A DNA stretch of 20,614 nt, from the UHGV virus genome UHGV-0225178; one strand, written 5' to 3'. This DNA comes from a virus. Below the pieces are notes generated by a model. The model had not been told where the DNA came from. It saw only the letters and a program-made list of their open reading frames with translations, and did not search any database. Position 1 is the first letter of the stretch. Each line of letters opens with the position of its first letter. This document shows, piece after piece, positions 1-9,039 of this stretch. The translations under genes and the position numbers were made by a program.

Positions 1-78
1 TCGGCTTCGGCTTCGGCTTCGGCTTCGGCTTCGGCTTCGGCTTCGGCTTCGGCTTCGGCTTCGGCTTCGGCTTCGGCT
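1..78. repeat. Perfect hexanucleotide tandem repeat (TCGGCT/CGGCTT) x13, truncated by the window edge
   Basis: Directly visible: 78 nt with exact 6-nt periodicity and no stop codon in any of the six frames; ends at position 78 where unique sequence begins. Confidence 0.95.
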
Positions 79-356
79 AAATCTGCACCGGTCGCTGCAT
101 GAACCACACCCGCCACGGCTCCCGCATCATCACCAGTCGTCTGTAGTATTCGTACAGTGAGGCATGGCTCCGCTTCCAGTCGGGCAAGCTGCTCCGGGGT
201 GACGTCAACCTGCTGGCGTCCCCGCATGAACAGGAACCCCGCACGACGAAACTGCGTACGACTGCAACGCACTTCTGCCAGTACCGTGACAGGACTGTCA
301 CCACTGACCTGAAGGCCTGAATCATCTGTTGCTGCCACAGTGTGATGTTCATTCAT
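1..356 (-). CDS. Partial CDS (3' end outside window): hypothetical protein immediately downstream of the major head gene, whose in-window C-terminal part is an (Ala-Glu)n repeat
   Basis: ATG at 356..354 preceded by GGAGG with a 6-nt spacer; my hand translation gives MNEHHTVAATDDSGLQVSGDSPVTVLAEVRCSRTQFRRAGFLFMRGRQQVDVTPEQLARLEAEP...GADLAEAEAE..., open to position 1. Composition is more protein-like than the overlapping 77..352 frame in the ORF track. Confidence 0.4.
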   Translation of the reverse strand, partial: MNEHHTVAATDDSGLQVSGDSPVTVLAEVRCSRTQFRRAGFLFMRGRQQVDVTPEQLARLEAEPCLTVRILQTTGDDAGAVAGVVHAATGADLAEAEAEAEAEAEAEAEAEAEAEAEA

Positions 357-399
357 ATTTGCCCTCCGCAGGGGCCGGGCCGTAAGCCCGGCTCTCCGT

Positions 400-1347
400 T
401 TACAGATAATCCGCGACAACCAGCTCCAGCTTGCCCTTCATCTCGTTAGAGACGGTGGTGTTACCGTCCGCGAACAGCTCGCGCTCCAGCAGCTGCACCG
501 CCTGTTTTTCCAGCGAGGTGGGGACAACAATATGGGTGGGTTTGATGCCGAGTTTGCGGCCACCGTCAGCCTTAAAGTCACGCATGGCTGACCAGCCGTG
601 CCACAGCGCATCCAGCGTCAGCGGTGACTGCATCATGTAGGCCATCTGCCAGAAGCCGTAGCCCACATTGCGACGGGCGGAAGCACCGAACACAAACTCG
701 TTATCAGTAAACGCACGGCCTTCATCGACTTTTGTCTGGGCAACCAGTTCGGCCTTACGGCGATCCTGATAAATCAGCGGTTTTACCGCGCGGGAGCAGT
801 CGAGCAGATACCAGGCCGGGCCGCTGTAATCCGCCTGTGCACCGACAGAGCCGTTTTTTGCCACAAACATATTGCTGACCATCTGTGCATCCCCGGAGCC
901 ATCCACTTTGGGGTAAACCGGGTGTTCGGTATCAAAGAAGTTCTGGCCGTCATAGCAGGCCGCACTGATCCCGTCACGCAGTGCAGCAAAGACCAGTTCA
1001 TCCGGTTGTGCCGCCGCAGCGCGCCCCATCTCCTGGAACAACGGGGAGTAGATGCCAAGATTGTCGTCTTCGAAGTCATCGCGGCTAATGGCGACGGTGC
1101 CTTCGAAGGTTTTGTTCACGATGGCGTAGCCATAGGCTTTCATCTTCTCGATGACGCGGGAGCCGATCCACTCACGGAACTGCGGGAACTGCCCAAGCCA
1201 GCCGTAGGTGTTGGATTTCGACGTGGACGGTACGGTCATCGCAATTTTCTGGTACTGAGACGGAGCCATGGACATCCCGGCCTGAAAATCAGAACGGTAG
1301 CCCGTCATCAGAGCGGTGATCATCGCCGGTGTAATCGGGGTAGGCAT
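400..1347 (-). CDS. T: Major head (capsid) subunit, Mu gpT-like
   Basis: 315-aa ORF immediately downstream of the protease/scaffold gene, with TAATG stop-start overlap at 1347; size and position match Mu T. Family assignment is from synteny and recollection, not a search. Confidence 0.75.
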   Translation of the reverse strand: MPTPITPAMITALMTGYRSDFQAGMSMAPSQYQKIAMTVPSTSKSNTYGWLGQFPQFREWIGSRVIEKMKAYGYAIVNKTFEGTVAISRDDFEDDNLGIYSPLFQEMGRAAAAQPDELVFAALRDGISAACYDGQNFFDTEHPVYPKVDGSGDAQMVSNMFVAKNGSVGAQADYSGPAWYLLDCSRAVKPLIYQDRRKAELVAQTKVDEGRAFTDNEFVFGASARRNVGYGFWQMAYMMQSPLTLDALWHGWSAMRDFKADGGRKLGIKPTHIVVPTSLEKQAVQLLERELFADGNTTVSNEMKGKLELVVADYL

Positions 1348-2471
1348 TATTGCATTTCCTCTTTCATTTTCAGGAACTCGGCTTCGGTTTTACCCAGCAG
1401 ATGGGCGGCGGCGATATCTTCAGCCGACAGCACAGCGGTGGCGGTCTTTTTATCCGGCACGGTCACGGTGTCGGTCTGAAGAGTGGTCAGAGCCGCAACC
1501 GGCTGGCGGGCGTCAAGCTGTGCAGAAAGTGCCGCAACACCAATCTGTTGTCCGAGTCCTTCCATGTATCCGCGTTCGCTTTTGAAAATGCGTCCTTCGG
1601 ACTCGGCCTTATCCAGCAACTGCTCCAGCGTGGTGCTGCCATGCTGTGCCGACAGCGCGACATATTCGGTACGCAGGGCGTTATACGTTTCAACGGGCAC
1701 ATATTTCGTCAGATCAATAGTGCCGCCAGTTGGTGTGCCTTTTGCGGTTTCCAGCTCTGCCGACAGGCTGGCAACCTGCGTTTTCAGGGTGTCGTGCGCA
1801 TCCGCACGGGTTTTGATCCCGGTAAGGGCAGACAGCGCCGCCGTGCCCAGTTCCGGCGTAAATTCGTCACCGTCAGCCACGGTCAGACCGAGCGCCGTCA
1901 GCAACTGGCGTAATTGCTCATTCATGGAGGTGTCCTTTAAAGGAGGGTTTAAGGCGTTATAAAGGTCATCCGCCGACAGTGCGGCGACAGGATTCATGCC
2001 AGTCAGACCGGGGTCACCGGTAATAGCCAGCATCCGAAGCTCAACAGGTTCACCGGTGATTTCGTCATAACCAATCACCGGGGAAAACCAGGGAAATTCG
2101 TTATTGCGCAGGTGTTCAATGGCCGGAGGGTTCCACTTCGGACGCACTTCAAAACCCCGCTCTTCACTGAAGCGGAAGTTTTCCGGTGAGGCCATGACAA
2201 AACCGGCAGCCGGTGCCTGATGTCCCTTAATCAGGGTCTGGTGGTTGTAGTCAATTTTTACCGGCTGATTGAGCGCCACAACCCGGGATACCATGCGCTC
2301 AACGGTCGCACGGTTAATCAGCCAGCCTTCAGCCGGTTTTTCCGGGCGACCGTCACGGGCCTTTACCCGACCGGCTGGCATGATCTGACACCAGTCACCG
2401 TCCCCGTCTGCGGACAGGCTGATGGCATTCAGAATGGCATAAGCAAGTTTGGGCGTGTTTTTCGTCTTCAT
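1347..2471 (-). CDS. I: Head protease / scaffold protein, Mu gpI-like (scaffold Z probably from an internal start)
   Basis: 374-aa ORF; C-terminal half is Ala/Leu/Thr-rich and coiled-coil-like as expected for a scaffold; position between G and T as in Mu. Confidence 0.75.
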   Translation of the reverse strand: MKTKNTPKLAYAILNAISLSADGDGDWCQIMPAGRVKARDGRPEKPAEGWLINRATVERMVSRVVALNQPVKIDYNHQTLIKGHQAPAAGFVMASPENFRFSEERGFEVRPKWNPPAIEHLRNNEFPWFSPVIGYDEITGEPVELRMLAITGDPGLTGMNPVAALSADDLYNALNPPLKDTSMNEQLRQLLTALGLTVADGDEFTPELGTAALSALTGIKTRADAHDTLKTQVASLSAELETAKGTPTGGTIDLTKYVPVETYNALRTEYVALSAQHGSTTLEQLLDKAESEGRIFKSERGYMEGLGQQIGVAALSAQLDARQPVAALTTLQTDTVTVPDKKTATAVLSAEDIAAAHLLGKTEAEFLKMKEEMQ

Positions 2472-2648
2472 TCCGGCAGCATAAGCCGGTGTTTTTCAGG
2501 GCCGGTTTTGCGGGACTTCAGAAAGTGCTGACAGGGGAAAAATGAGAAAGGTGCTTCACGCAGATTTTAAAGCCCGTTAAATACAGGTTAGAAAATCACG
2601 ACACGCGCCTGAAGAGGGTAAGGTAATGCGTTTGTATACCTTAAACCA
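2472..2648 (-). promoter_or_regulatory. Intergenic region upstream of I: candidate activator-dependent late promoter (PI equivalent)
   Basis: 177-bp non-coding gap in an otherwise tightly packed operon; contains dyad TAAGGTA (2619-2625) / TACCTTA (2637-2643) and a CCGGC-N7-GCCGG hairpin (2473-2489) abutting the I start codon. Confidence 0.3.
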
Positions 2649-3122
2649 TTACGGCGTTTCTGTGGCCTTTTTAAAGCGTTTTCTGATTTCGTCCATGATC
2701 TCCTGTTCTGCCACCTGATCAAAGCCCATATACGGACGTGCGCCAATGGCCGCCGGTCCCGGTGGCATACCAGGCAGGCCACCCCACTGATGAATGGCTG
2801 CATAAGGTTCATTTGATCCAATCAGCGCCCAGGTATCGCCATAATCCGTGGTCAGGCGGCGGGCCAGATCGCCGTTCAGCGTCAGGATTTTGCCGGGCGT
2901 GTATCCCTTACGGGTACGCCACTCACGGTAAGGATCTGACCAGTCATGCCAGCGTTCACCATCCGGCTCTTTTTCCTGCTCAAACGCCATTTCTGACGAT
3001 GACAGAAGACTCGCCGCCACACTGCGGGCCAGGTCTTTTCCGCCGCCCACAAACTGAAGCCGGGCAAACACCCGCTGGAGACGCGCAACGTCCACCACCA
3101 CGGCCGCATCAATGGATGACAT
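2649..3122 (-). CDS. G: Virion morphogenesis protein, Mu gpG-like
   Basis: 157-aa ORF at the Mu G position (between F and I); GGAG 5 nt upstream of the ATG at 3122. Confidence 0.65.
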   Translation of the reverse strand: MSSIDAAVVVDVARLQRVFARLQFVGGGKDLARSVAASLLSSSEMAFEQEKEPDGERWHDWSDPYREWRTRKGYTPGKILTLNGDLARRLTTDYGDTWALIGSNEPYAAIHQWGGLPGMPPGPAAIGARPYMGFDQVAEQEIMDEIRKRFKKATETP

Positions 3123-3243
3123 ATTGTCTCCGCATAAAGGATGAATATAAAATAAACAGGCGGTCAGTGTACGCTTAACTGGTAAAGTCGGTGCCTGCCT
3201 CCGGGTGGATCATGTATGCGGGTTCGACCCCCGCCACTGACCG

Positions 3244-4575
3244 TTAATCAATTTGTCCTTCCAGCACCTCAAGCATTCCGCCCCGGATATCCGATTTCAG
3301 CTTCTCCATATTGATAACCCGGTAAGCATTCACAATCACATCCAGTTTATCGGGCTGACGTTTCAGACTGTACGGTGCATTAACGGCAATCTGCACACTG
3401 CCATCCTGATTTTCCACGATATACATCAGATTGTTGTGCCGTTTGTCCCACAGTACCGCTTTTGGCTTTGCCAGCATTGCCGGTAAGCGCCCGAAGTCCT
3501 CCGGCATCAGGGCGATGCCGTCATTCTGATGTTTCACACTGTCCGCATGGAGCACATTTTTACCGCTCATCGCCAGCAGGCGGGCCGGTGGCGTTCCCGT
3601 CCGGCTTTCCACCGCCTGAGCAATACTTTCGGTCATAAAGCCCAGCGTGCGGATATCGTTACCACCTCGCCGGGTTTTCATGATGTTTTTTGCCCAGATG
3701 CGGAACGCCAGCTGCCGCTCCGGGCTGTTATTCATCTCCTGCACCACCATTTCCCGTAACGCCGGGCTTTTCACCTCGATCAGTTTGCGGATCAGCGCCT
3801 GGTCTGTGCCGAACGCTGCCGAGCCGGGGTTATATGACCAGCCCACATCCGGTGTCATGGTTCTGGTGCCATCTGAATATGTGGTCACCGGCATTTCTCT
3901 GACTTCTCCGGTCTGTTTATCCACGCCAGCCTCAACATTGCGGGTGGAGAGATGATCCTGACCGGATGAAACGGATAACCCCATCGCATCCAGACGGGCC
4001 TGAGACAATGGCCGGACACGGCAGCGACAGTTCCAGCCATTAGGCGGGTAGTGAGTATTCCAGAACGGATCGTCATAGCGGAATACCAGCCCGTTAAGGG
4101 CGGAATGCGCCGGGCGGGTGCGGCTGTCCATGACCGCCACATACTGCCAGAACGGATGCGTGTCCGTGTTGTTCATCATCTGCGTGTAACGCCCGGCATT
4201 GTAAGCCACACGGGTGTTCACGTTGTAAATCAGCGCCAGACGACGGGGACTGCCCAGTTGCACTTCTTCCGCGTTACCGTCGCTGTCCACCACAATCTGC
4301 TTTCCCCACCATCCCAGCTTTTGCAGGCGTGGCGTCAGCGTGCGGATAAATTCTTTCTGTGAAATTCCCTCATCAATGGCCCGTTGCATTTCGGCATGTA
4401 GGGTGGTCACCACATCCAGCCGTGCTGTTTTTGCTGCCGTGAATGAGCGGGCGTGCACATCCGCGTCTGTTTCGAACCAGTTCCAGCTGATATGCGCCCC
4501 TTTGGCGCGGAAGTATGCCACCGCCTCTTTTGAGGGAAGCGTGGCGGCATAACCTAAATCAATCCCCTGAGCCAT
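3244..4575 (-). CDS. F: Head morphogenesis protein, Mu gpF-like
   Basis: 443-aa ORF directly downstream of and overlapping the portal gene, as in Mu (portal H then F). Confidence 0.7.
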   Translation of the reverse strand: MAQGIDLGYAATLPSKEAVAYFRAKGAHISWNWFETDADVHARSFTAAKTARLDVVTTLHAEMQRAIDEGISQKEFIRTLTPRLQKLGWWGKQIVVDSDGNAEEVQLGSPRRLALIYNVNTRVAYNAGRYTQMMNNTDTHPFWQYVAVMDSRTRPAHSALNGLVFRYDDPFWNTHYPPNGWNCRCRVRPLSQARLDAMGLSVSSGQDHLSTRNVEAGVDKQTGEVREMPVTTYSDGTRTMTPDVGWSYNPGSAAFGTDQALIRKLIEVKSPALREMVVQEMNNSPERQLAFRIWAKNIMKTRRGGNDIRTLGFMTESIAQAVESRTGTPPARLLAMSGKNVLHADSVKHQNDGIALMPEDFGRLPAMLAKPKAVLWDKRHNNLMYIVENQDGSVQIAVNAPYSLKRQPDKLDVIVNAYRVINMEKLKSDIRGGMLEVLEGQID

Positions 4576-6157
4576 CCAGCATCCCCTTCATTTCCGCAGC
4601 GAACATGGCATCACTGAGCAGCGTCATCAGGCGGAAATCATCCATTTCACGATAAAGGGCAGGCAGGTCTGCCAGCGCATCCGCCAGCCCCCGCGTTCTG
4701 ATGGCATCAATGACCGGCTCCAGCACCGGATCGATGGCCTCCTGTAAGCGGCGGGCAGGCACCGCATCCCCCATGTCGTCCAGTTCATCACGCGGTGTGC
4801 TTTTCGCTTCCGGTAGTCTGGCAGCCAGCGCCGTCTGTTCTGTCTTTTCCTGTTTTTCCGGTGGCGTTTCCCTGTCAGGCATGGCCGGTTCATTACTGCT
4901 CTGACGGACACGGAATATGGCTTCACCGGGCGTGGGCTGTGGAATACCGGTCTGCTCCCGTACCCAGGGATCAGGAATATCCATCCCCGCACTGAGTTGC
5001 ATCACCGCACTGGTTATTTTGGTGATATCCCCCGGTTCTTTGGTCTGGAAACAGATACGCGGCAGGCGACGGATATCAATGGCTTGGGCGGTGTTCAGGG
5101 CATACAGCGGATACACCAGATCGCGGTTCAGGGTTGCAGCCAGCTGGCGTAAATCAGAATCCCTGATTTCCCGGCGCACCTCGTTATGCACCTCACCCAG
5201 CGAGCGCGCGCCTTTGTCTCCGGCTTCCGTGGTCAGCGTGCCGCCGAGTATTGCTTTGGAGATGGAACGCTCCCCCCACGAAATCATGGTTTCAAACGGA
5301 TCGGCCTGACCGTTCGCTGCCGCCTGAAACTCCAGCGACATCCCGGCCGGGATGATCCCGCCTGTACGTCGCCCGATATCCATCACCGCCCGCATCAGGG
5401 CACTTTTCTGCTCCGGTGTTGCCCCGGACGGGTATTTCCCGACCTTCATCGGCAGGCCGTACACCTCCAGAAATTCCGCCAGATCGCGCACGGAATAGTT
5501 TTTGAAAATGAACGGCCAGATAAGCGTCCGGACAAGCCCGGTTGCACCACCATAGCCGGTGCGTGAACGCGACTGATGCACTATCCAGCCAAATGGCTGA
5601 AACGCCACCCCGGAATGGCTGCCGTCACGCAGCCGCAGTTCGCTCAAATCATCCGGGTTAAGGCAGAAATGCCCGCTGTCACGCCAGCGGATGGCTCGGA
5701 TGATGTGCATTTTACCGAGCATCCCGTGCTCAATTTCCATGCAGGAATAGCCCTTCAGGATGGCATCCGTGGCGTCAAACAGCATGGCATCAAACCAGTC
5801 TGTGGAATGCAGATATTCGTCGAGCATTTCCGCGTCCTTTTTCTCATTCGCGCTGGCGTTCGGTGGCGGCTCAATGCTCCATGGCACCCCCTGAATGGCA
5901 AGACGTCGCTTGCCCAGCTCCGCAAAAAGGTGGGTGTCCTTTTCTTCAATGTCAGCCGCCAGATCGGACTGGGCAATCAGATCGCCACGTTCAGCCCCGC
6001 GAAGGCACTGCGCCGCCCGGTTCGGAGTGATACCCGAGGCCGGATGCTCAATATAACGGCTGGCAATCTGCGGAATATCCAGCGCGGCACTCTGCATCTC
6101 CGGATCAAAGGAGAAAGGTTTTCCGTCAAGATCAATTATGCGTCCCACTACCAGCAC
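4559..6157 (-). CDS. H: Portal protein, Mu gpH (gp29)-like
   Basis: 532-aa ORF immediately downstream of the large terminase with a 10-nt overlap; size and position typical of Mu-type portal. Confidence 0.75.
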   Translation of the reverse strand: MLVVGRIIDLDGKPFSFDPEMQSAALDIPQIASRYIEHPASGITPNRAAQCLRGAERGDLIAQSDLAADIEEKDTHLFAELGKRRLAIQGVPWSIEPPPNASANEKKDAEMLDEYLHSTDWFDAMLFDATDAILKGYSCMEIEHGMLGKMHIIRAIRWRDSGHFCLNPDDLSELRLRDGSHSGVAFQPFGWIVHQSRSRTGYGGATGLVRTLIWPFIFKNYSVRDLAEFLEVYGLPMKVGKYPSGATPEQKSALMRAVMDIGRRTGGIIPAGMSLEFQAAANGQADPFETMISWGERSISKAILGGTLTTEAGDKGARSLGEVHNEVRREIRDSDLRQLAATLNRDLVYPLYALNTAQAIDIRRLPRICFQTKEPGDITKITSAVMQLSAGMDIPDPWVREQTGIPQPTPGEAIFRVRQSSNEPAMPDRETPPEKQEKTEQTALAARLPEAKSTPRDELDDMGDAVPARRLQEAIDPVLEPVIDAIRTRGLADALADLPALYREMDDFRLMTLLSDAMFAAEMKGMLDGSGD

Positions 6158-7827
6158 CCCCGATCAAATTCATGATATGCCTCATCGTCATCACGATAAC
6201 CGCCCTCCATTGCCCGCGACCGTTCCGGCAGCGCCTGACAGGCTGATTCATCCAGGATGAAGCCCTCCATATATGACGCCCGGTTTGCCATACAGAGCGC
6301 CACGGCAAAATCACCATGGCGGCGGGCGTTCGCAGCCGTTGCGTTCTGGTCCTTCGTGCGCCCCTTGTCGATTTGCGGGATACCGTTCACCACCTTCACA
6401 TGGCGCAAATCATCAAGCGTGGTCTGATGGCGGGCGACGAGGATATTCTGATCTTCAAACTCGGCTTTCAGTTTTGGCATCCACTCGCCGTACCACTTCG
6501 GCGACAACATCACGCAGTCGATGATGTCCGGGCCAAAGGCCAGCAGTGCGGCCTCTGCCAGATAGCCGCCGTTACCGGTGGCGTCGAACGCCGCACCGAC
6601 CAGCGCCGGAACGCGGGTCAGGATGTACATCATCACCTGTTCCTGCTGGGCATACGGCAGGTTGCGCAGCTCCACGCGAAACACCTCGCGCTTTGCCAGG
6701 AGTTCGGTGATTTCCAGCAGCACAAAGCAGGACAGGTCACCGGTGCGGGCAAAGTCTTCCCCGAAGCTGAAGCGGGAACGGGGATTTAATTTCTCTGTAA
6801 GCGGTTTTAAATGTTCTTCACACCAGATTAAAACTTCCGATTCACGCAGCCATGCGGCACGGCTGATGAAGTCGTCCGGGGCTTCAAACGTCAGAATCGG
6901 GATGTCACGAATCATCGCCATTTCAATAAGCGCGTGAGGAATATAGGCACCGCCGGATTTTTTCGGGATACAGCCGTATTCCTCGTCGGCGTCCTCACGG
7001 GTCGGGGCGTTTTTGTAGAGATCATCACGCCATTTCTGCTCGCTTTCCGGTGACCATTCCTGATCGGTGACGTAACAGATACGACGGTATAATCCGTCCG
7101 CAATGGCATCATCCAGGGTTATGCGGTGGACGCTGTAATCCTTGCGCCCCTCGCGGGCTTCCTGAATGTACTGATTAAACAGATTATCGACGCCGTTATG
7201 CGTGGAAATAATGCGCACGCGTGCGCCCCACATGGTAAGCGCCATTGCCGCCTTGAGAAGCTCATCCAGTGACTCGTGGAACGCGGCTTCATCAATCACC
7301 ACATCTCCCTGAAGGCCGCGCAGGTTTGACGGACGGGAAGACAATGCCTGAATTTTGAATCCACTGTTCGGAAAGCGGATCATGTAGGTCAGAATTTCTT
7401 CTTTTTTATCCCGATCCCAGAATGTCTGCTCATACACATCAGCATCTGCCAGCTGGTTAAAGGCACGGGAGAACAGCGCGCAGGCAGAAATATATTCCAG
7501 CGCCATCTCCTGCTTTGATCCCACATAAAACACATTGCGGCCACCACGACGCTTCGGTTTTGCAGCAGTAATGACGTTACGCCCGGCTTCCGCCCAGGTA
7601 AGACCGGTGCGGCGGGATTTTTCCGCGATGCAGACCTGACTTTCATCCGCAAACCAGCGGGCCTGATAATCCAGAAACACCGGCATATCACCTGGCAAAT
7701 CAAGGCTGTCCGGCACATCCACGCCCAGCATGGCTTTTTCACCGGACAGATCAATTTTGCGGGGAGGTGAAAGTTTTATCAGCCCCGTATCTGGTTTAAT
7801 TTTTTCTTCGCCTGTTCTTTTACTCAT
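6148..7827 (-). CDS. Terminase large subunit, Mu gp28-like
   Basis: 559-aa ORF between the gp27-like gene and the portal. The ATG at 7827 has no obvious SD, but a strongly SD-driven 9-codon mini-ORF (ATG 7849, stop 7820) overlaps it, which suggests translational coupling. Confidence 0.75.
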   Translation of the reverse strand: MSKRTGEEKIKPDTGLIKLSPPRKIDLSGEKAMLGVDVPDSLDLPGDMPVFLDYQARWFADESQVCIAEKSRRTGLTWAEAGRNVITAAKPKRRGGRNVFYVGSKQEMALEYISACALFSRAFNQLADADVYEQTFWDRDKKEEILTYMIRFPNSGFKIQALSSRPSNLRGLQGDVVIDEAAFHESLDELLKAAMALTMWGARVRIISTHNGVDNLFNQYIQEAREGRKDYSVHRITLDDAIADGLYRRICYVTDQEWSPESEQKWRDDLYKNAPTREDADEEYGCIPKKSGGAYIPHALIEMAMIRDIPILTFEAPDDFISRAAWLRESEVLIWCEEHLKPLTEKLNPRSRFSFGEDFARTGDLSCFVLLEITELLAKREVFRVELRNLPYAQQEQVMMYILTRVPALVGAAFDATGNGGYLAEAALLAFGPDIIDCVMLSPKWYGEWMPKLKAEFEDQNILVARHQTTLDDLRHVKVVNGIPQIDKGRTKDQNATAANARRHGDFAVALCMANRASYMEGFILDESACQALPERSRAMEGGYRDDDEAYHEFDRGCW

Positions 7828-7859
7828 AACTAAACCAGTCTGTTGCCATGATTCACCTC

Positions 7860-8441
7860 CTACGCCTTACCAAGCAGCATCTGCCTGATACGGAATTCTA
7901 TCTGCTCGCTCATGCCATCCACGCCGCGCAGCTCATCGGTGACCGCGTTCGCCATCTCTTCAGCAAATGCGGCCCGGATTTCTTTTTCACGCTTAATGCT
8001 GCGCTCGGCGGCACTTTCCGCACGCTGTGCCGACAGGAGGATGTCCTTAATAAGGCGCATATCCACATCGCTGTCGCTGTTCAGGGATTCGGTGGCAGCA
8101 CGCAGACGGCGGTACATCAGGGCGCGGGACATTTCCAGAATCAGTGCCGTGGTTTCACCAGTTGGCTTGTCCCCCAGTTCGGCCATCATGGCTTTTGTCT
8201 GCTCGCGCAAATCACGCAGGTTACGGGCAATCAGCTCATTACGGGAGGCTTCCCGGCTGATGGCCGCCGGTGAAAGCTGCTGCTCTTCCGGCAGGCCTGC
8301 CTCACGGATCAGACGGTTGATTTCCTCGCGGATCTGGACCTGCGTCAGGCGTTTTTCACGCAGCATTTCCAGCAGCGGCTTACGGATGCTGTCGGGGAGC
8401 AAATCCACCTTGCGTACACGGCCACGCGTTGGCTTATCCAT
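7860..8441 (-). CDS. Mu gp27-like protein (putative small terminase / DNA-binding packaging protein)
   Basis: 193-aa highly charged, helical, Arg/Glu-rich ORF immediately upstream of the large terminase; AAGGGGG SD 5 nt before the ATG at 8441. Confidence 0.55.
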   Translation of the reverse strand: MDKPTRGRVRKVDLLPDSIRKPLLEMLREKRLTQVQIREEINRLIREAGLPEEQQLSPAAISREASRNELIARNLRDLREQTKAMMAELGDKPTGETTALILEMSRALMYRRLRAATESLNSDSDVDMRLIKDILLSAQRAESAAERSIKREKEIRAAFAEEMANAVTDELRGVDGMSEQIEFRIRQMLLGKA

Positions 8442-8443
8442 CG

Positions 8444-8734
8444 TTACCCCCTTGCGCGTGGTTTCTTCACACCCGGAACAGTGGCACGACCTTCCGCCAC
8501 ATCCTGACCCCGGCCGGTCAGTTCAGCGATGAAATAACCGTTAACAAGCGTGCGCTTACGCACTAGTCCCTGCTCGGCAAGCCAGGCAATGTGGGTGTGA
8601 ACGGTGTCGCGGGACACACGGTGGCCGTAATCATCCAGGCAGTCCTGAAGCACGGATTCACCCAGTTCGCCGTTGTAATCCGCCAGCGACCGCAGAATGA
8701 CAAGACGCTGATCTTCAGTAATGAAATCACTCAT
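8444..8734 (-). CDS. Small hypothetical protein at the Mu gp26 position (possible winged-helix)
   Basis: 96-aa ORF, 2-nt gap to the next gene, ATGA overlap with the upstream gene; no recognised catalytic motif. Confidence 0.5.
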   Translation of the reverse strand: MSDFITEDQRLVILRSLADYNGELGESVLQDCLDDYGHRVSRDTVHTHIAWLAEQGLVRKRTLVNGYFIAELTGRGQDVAEGRATVPGVKKPRARG

Positions 8735-9039
8735 TGTGTTTTTTTCCTTACAGCCTGCTCCAGCAGCAGTTCGTTCTGGTGGGAGACGGATTTCAGGGTG
8801 GCATTGGTGGCCTTAAGCTCACCGCGCAGGGTGGTGATTTCGATATTGAGTCTGTTCACCTCCTGCTGCGTGGGCAGGCCGGAAATCCGGCTCTCCACCC
8901 GCTCAACCCGGTCGGAGAGTTTTTCAAAGGCCTCGCGGGGGACAAAGGTTTTGCGCATCAGCGCCATAAAGATCCCCCCGGCCGTGGCCGTGGCCGACAG
9001 GATCGGCACGACATAATCTTTAACGATACTGACCCACAT
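8731..9039 (-). CDS. Single-pass membrane protein with coiled-coil C-terminus, lysis-cassette associated (Mu gp25 position; possible releasin-like lysis regulator)
   Basis: 102 aa; N-terminal hydrophobic segment VVPILSATATAGGIFMALM followed by a charged coiled-coil region; GGAGG SD with 6-nt spacer before the ATG at 9039; lies in the lysis gene block. Confidence 0.5.
   Translation of the reverse strand: MWVSIVKDYVVPILSATATAGGIFMALMRKTFVPREAFEKLSDRVERVESRISGLPTQQEVNRLNIEITTLRGELKATNATLKSVSHQNELLLEQAVRKKTQ

Noticed and set aside
1-78. CRISPR array
   Set aside because: The repeat unit is 6 nt with no spacers; it is a simple microsatellite, not a CRISPR repeat-spacer array. No CRISPR-like arrays were seen elsewhere in the window.
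77-352. 91-aa ORF from the six-frame track downstream of the major head gene
   Set aside because: Its translation is Trp/Arg/Cys-rich, like an out-of-frame read of GC-rich coding DNA. An overlapping frame starting at 356 has better SD spacing and a more protein-like translation and continues into the repeat. Kept only as an alternative.
3162-3243. Calling a bona fide tRNA gene
   Set aside because: Only the acceptor pairing, U8/A9 and T-arm are convincing; I found no acceptable anticodon stem-loop or encoded CCA, so it is reported as a tRNA-like element, not a tRNA feature.
431-8532. Plus-strand ORFs in the track overlapping the head and packaging genes (e.g. 922..1479, 1350..1913, 5576..6175, 6316..6789, 7912..8532)
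   Set aside because: They lie antisense to long, syntenic, well-supported minus-strand genes, have biased low-complexity composition (Arg/Ser/Cys-rich) and no convincing RBS; most likely shadow ORFs.
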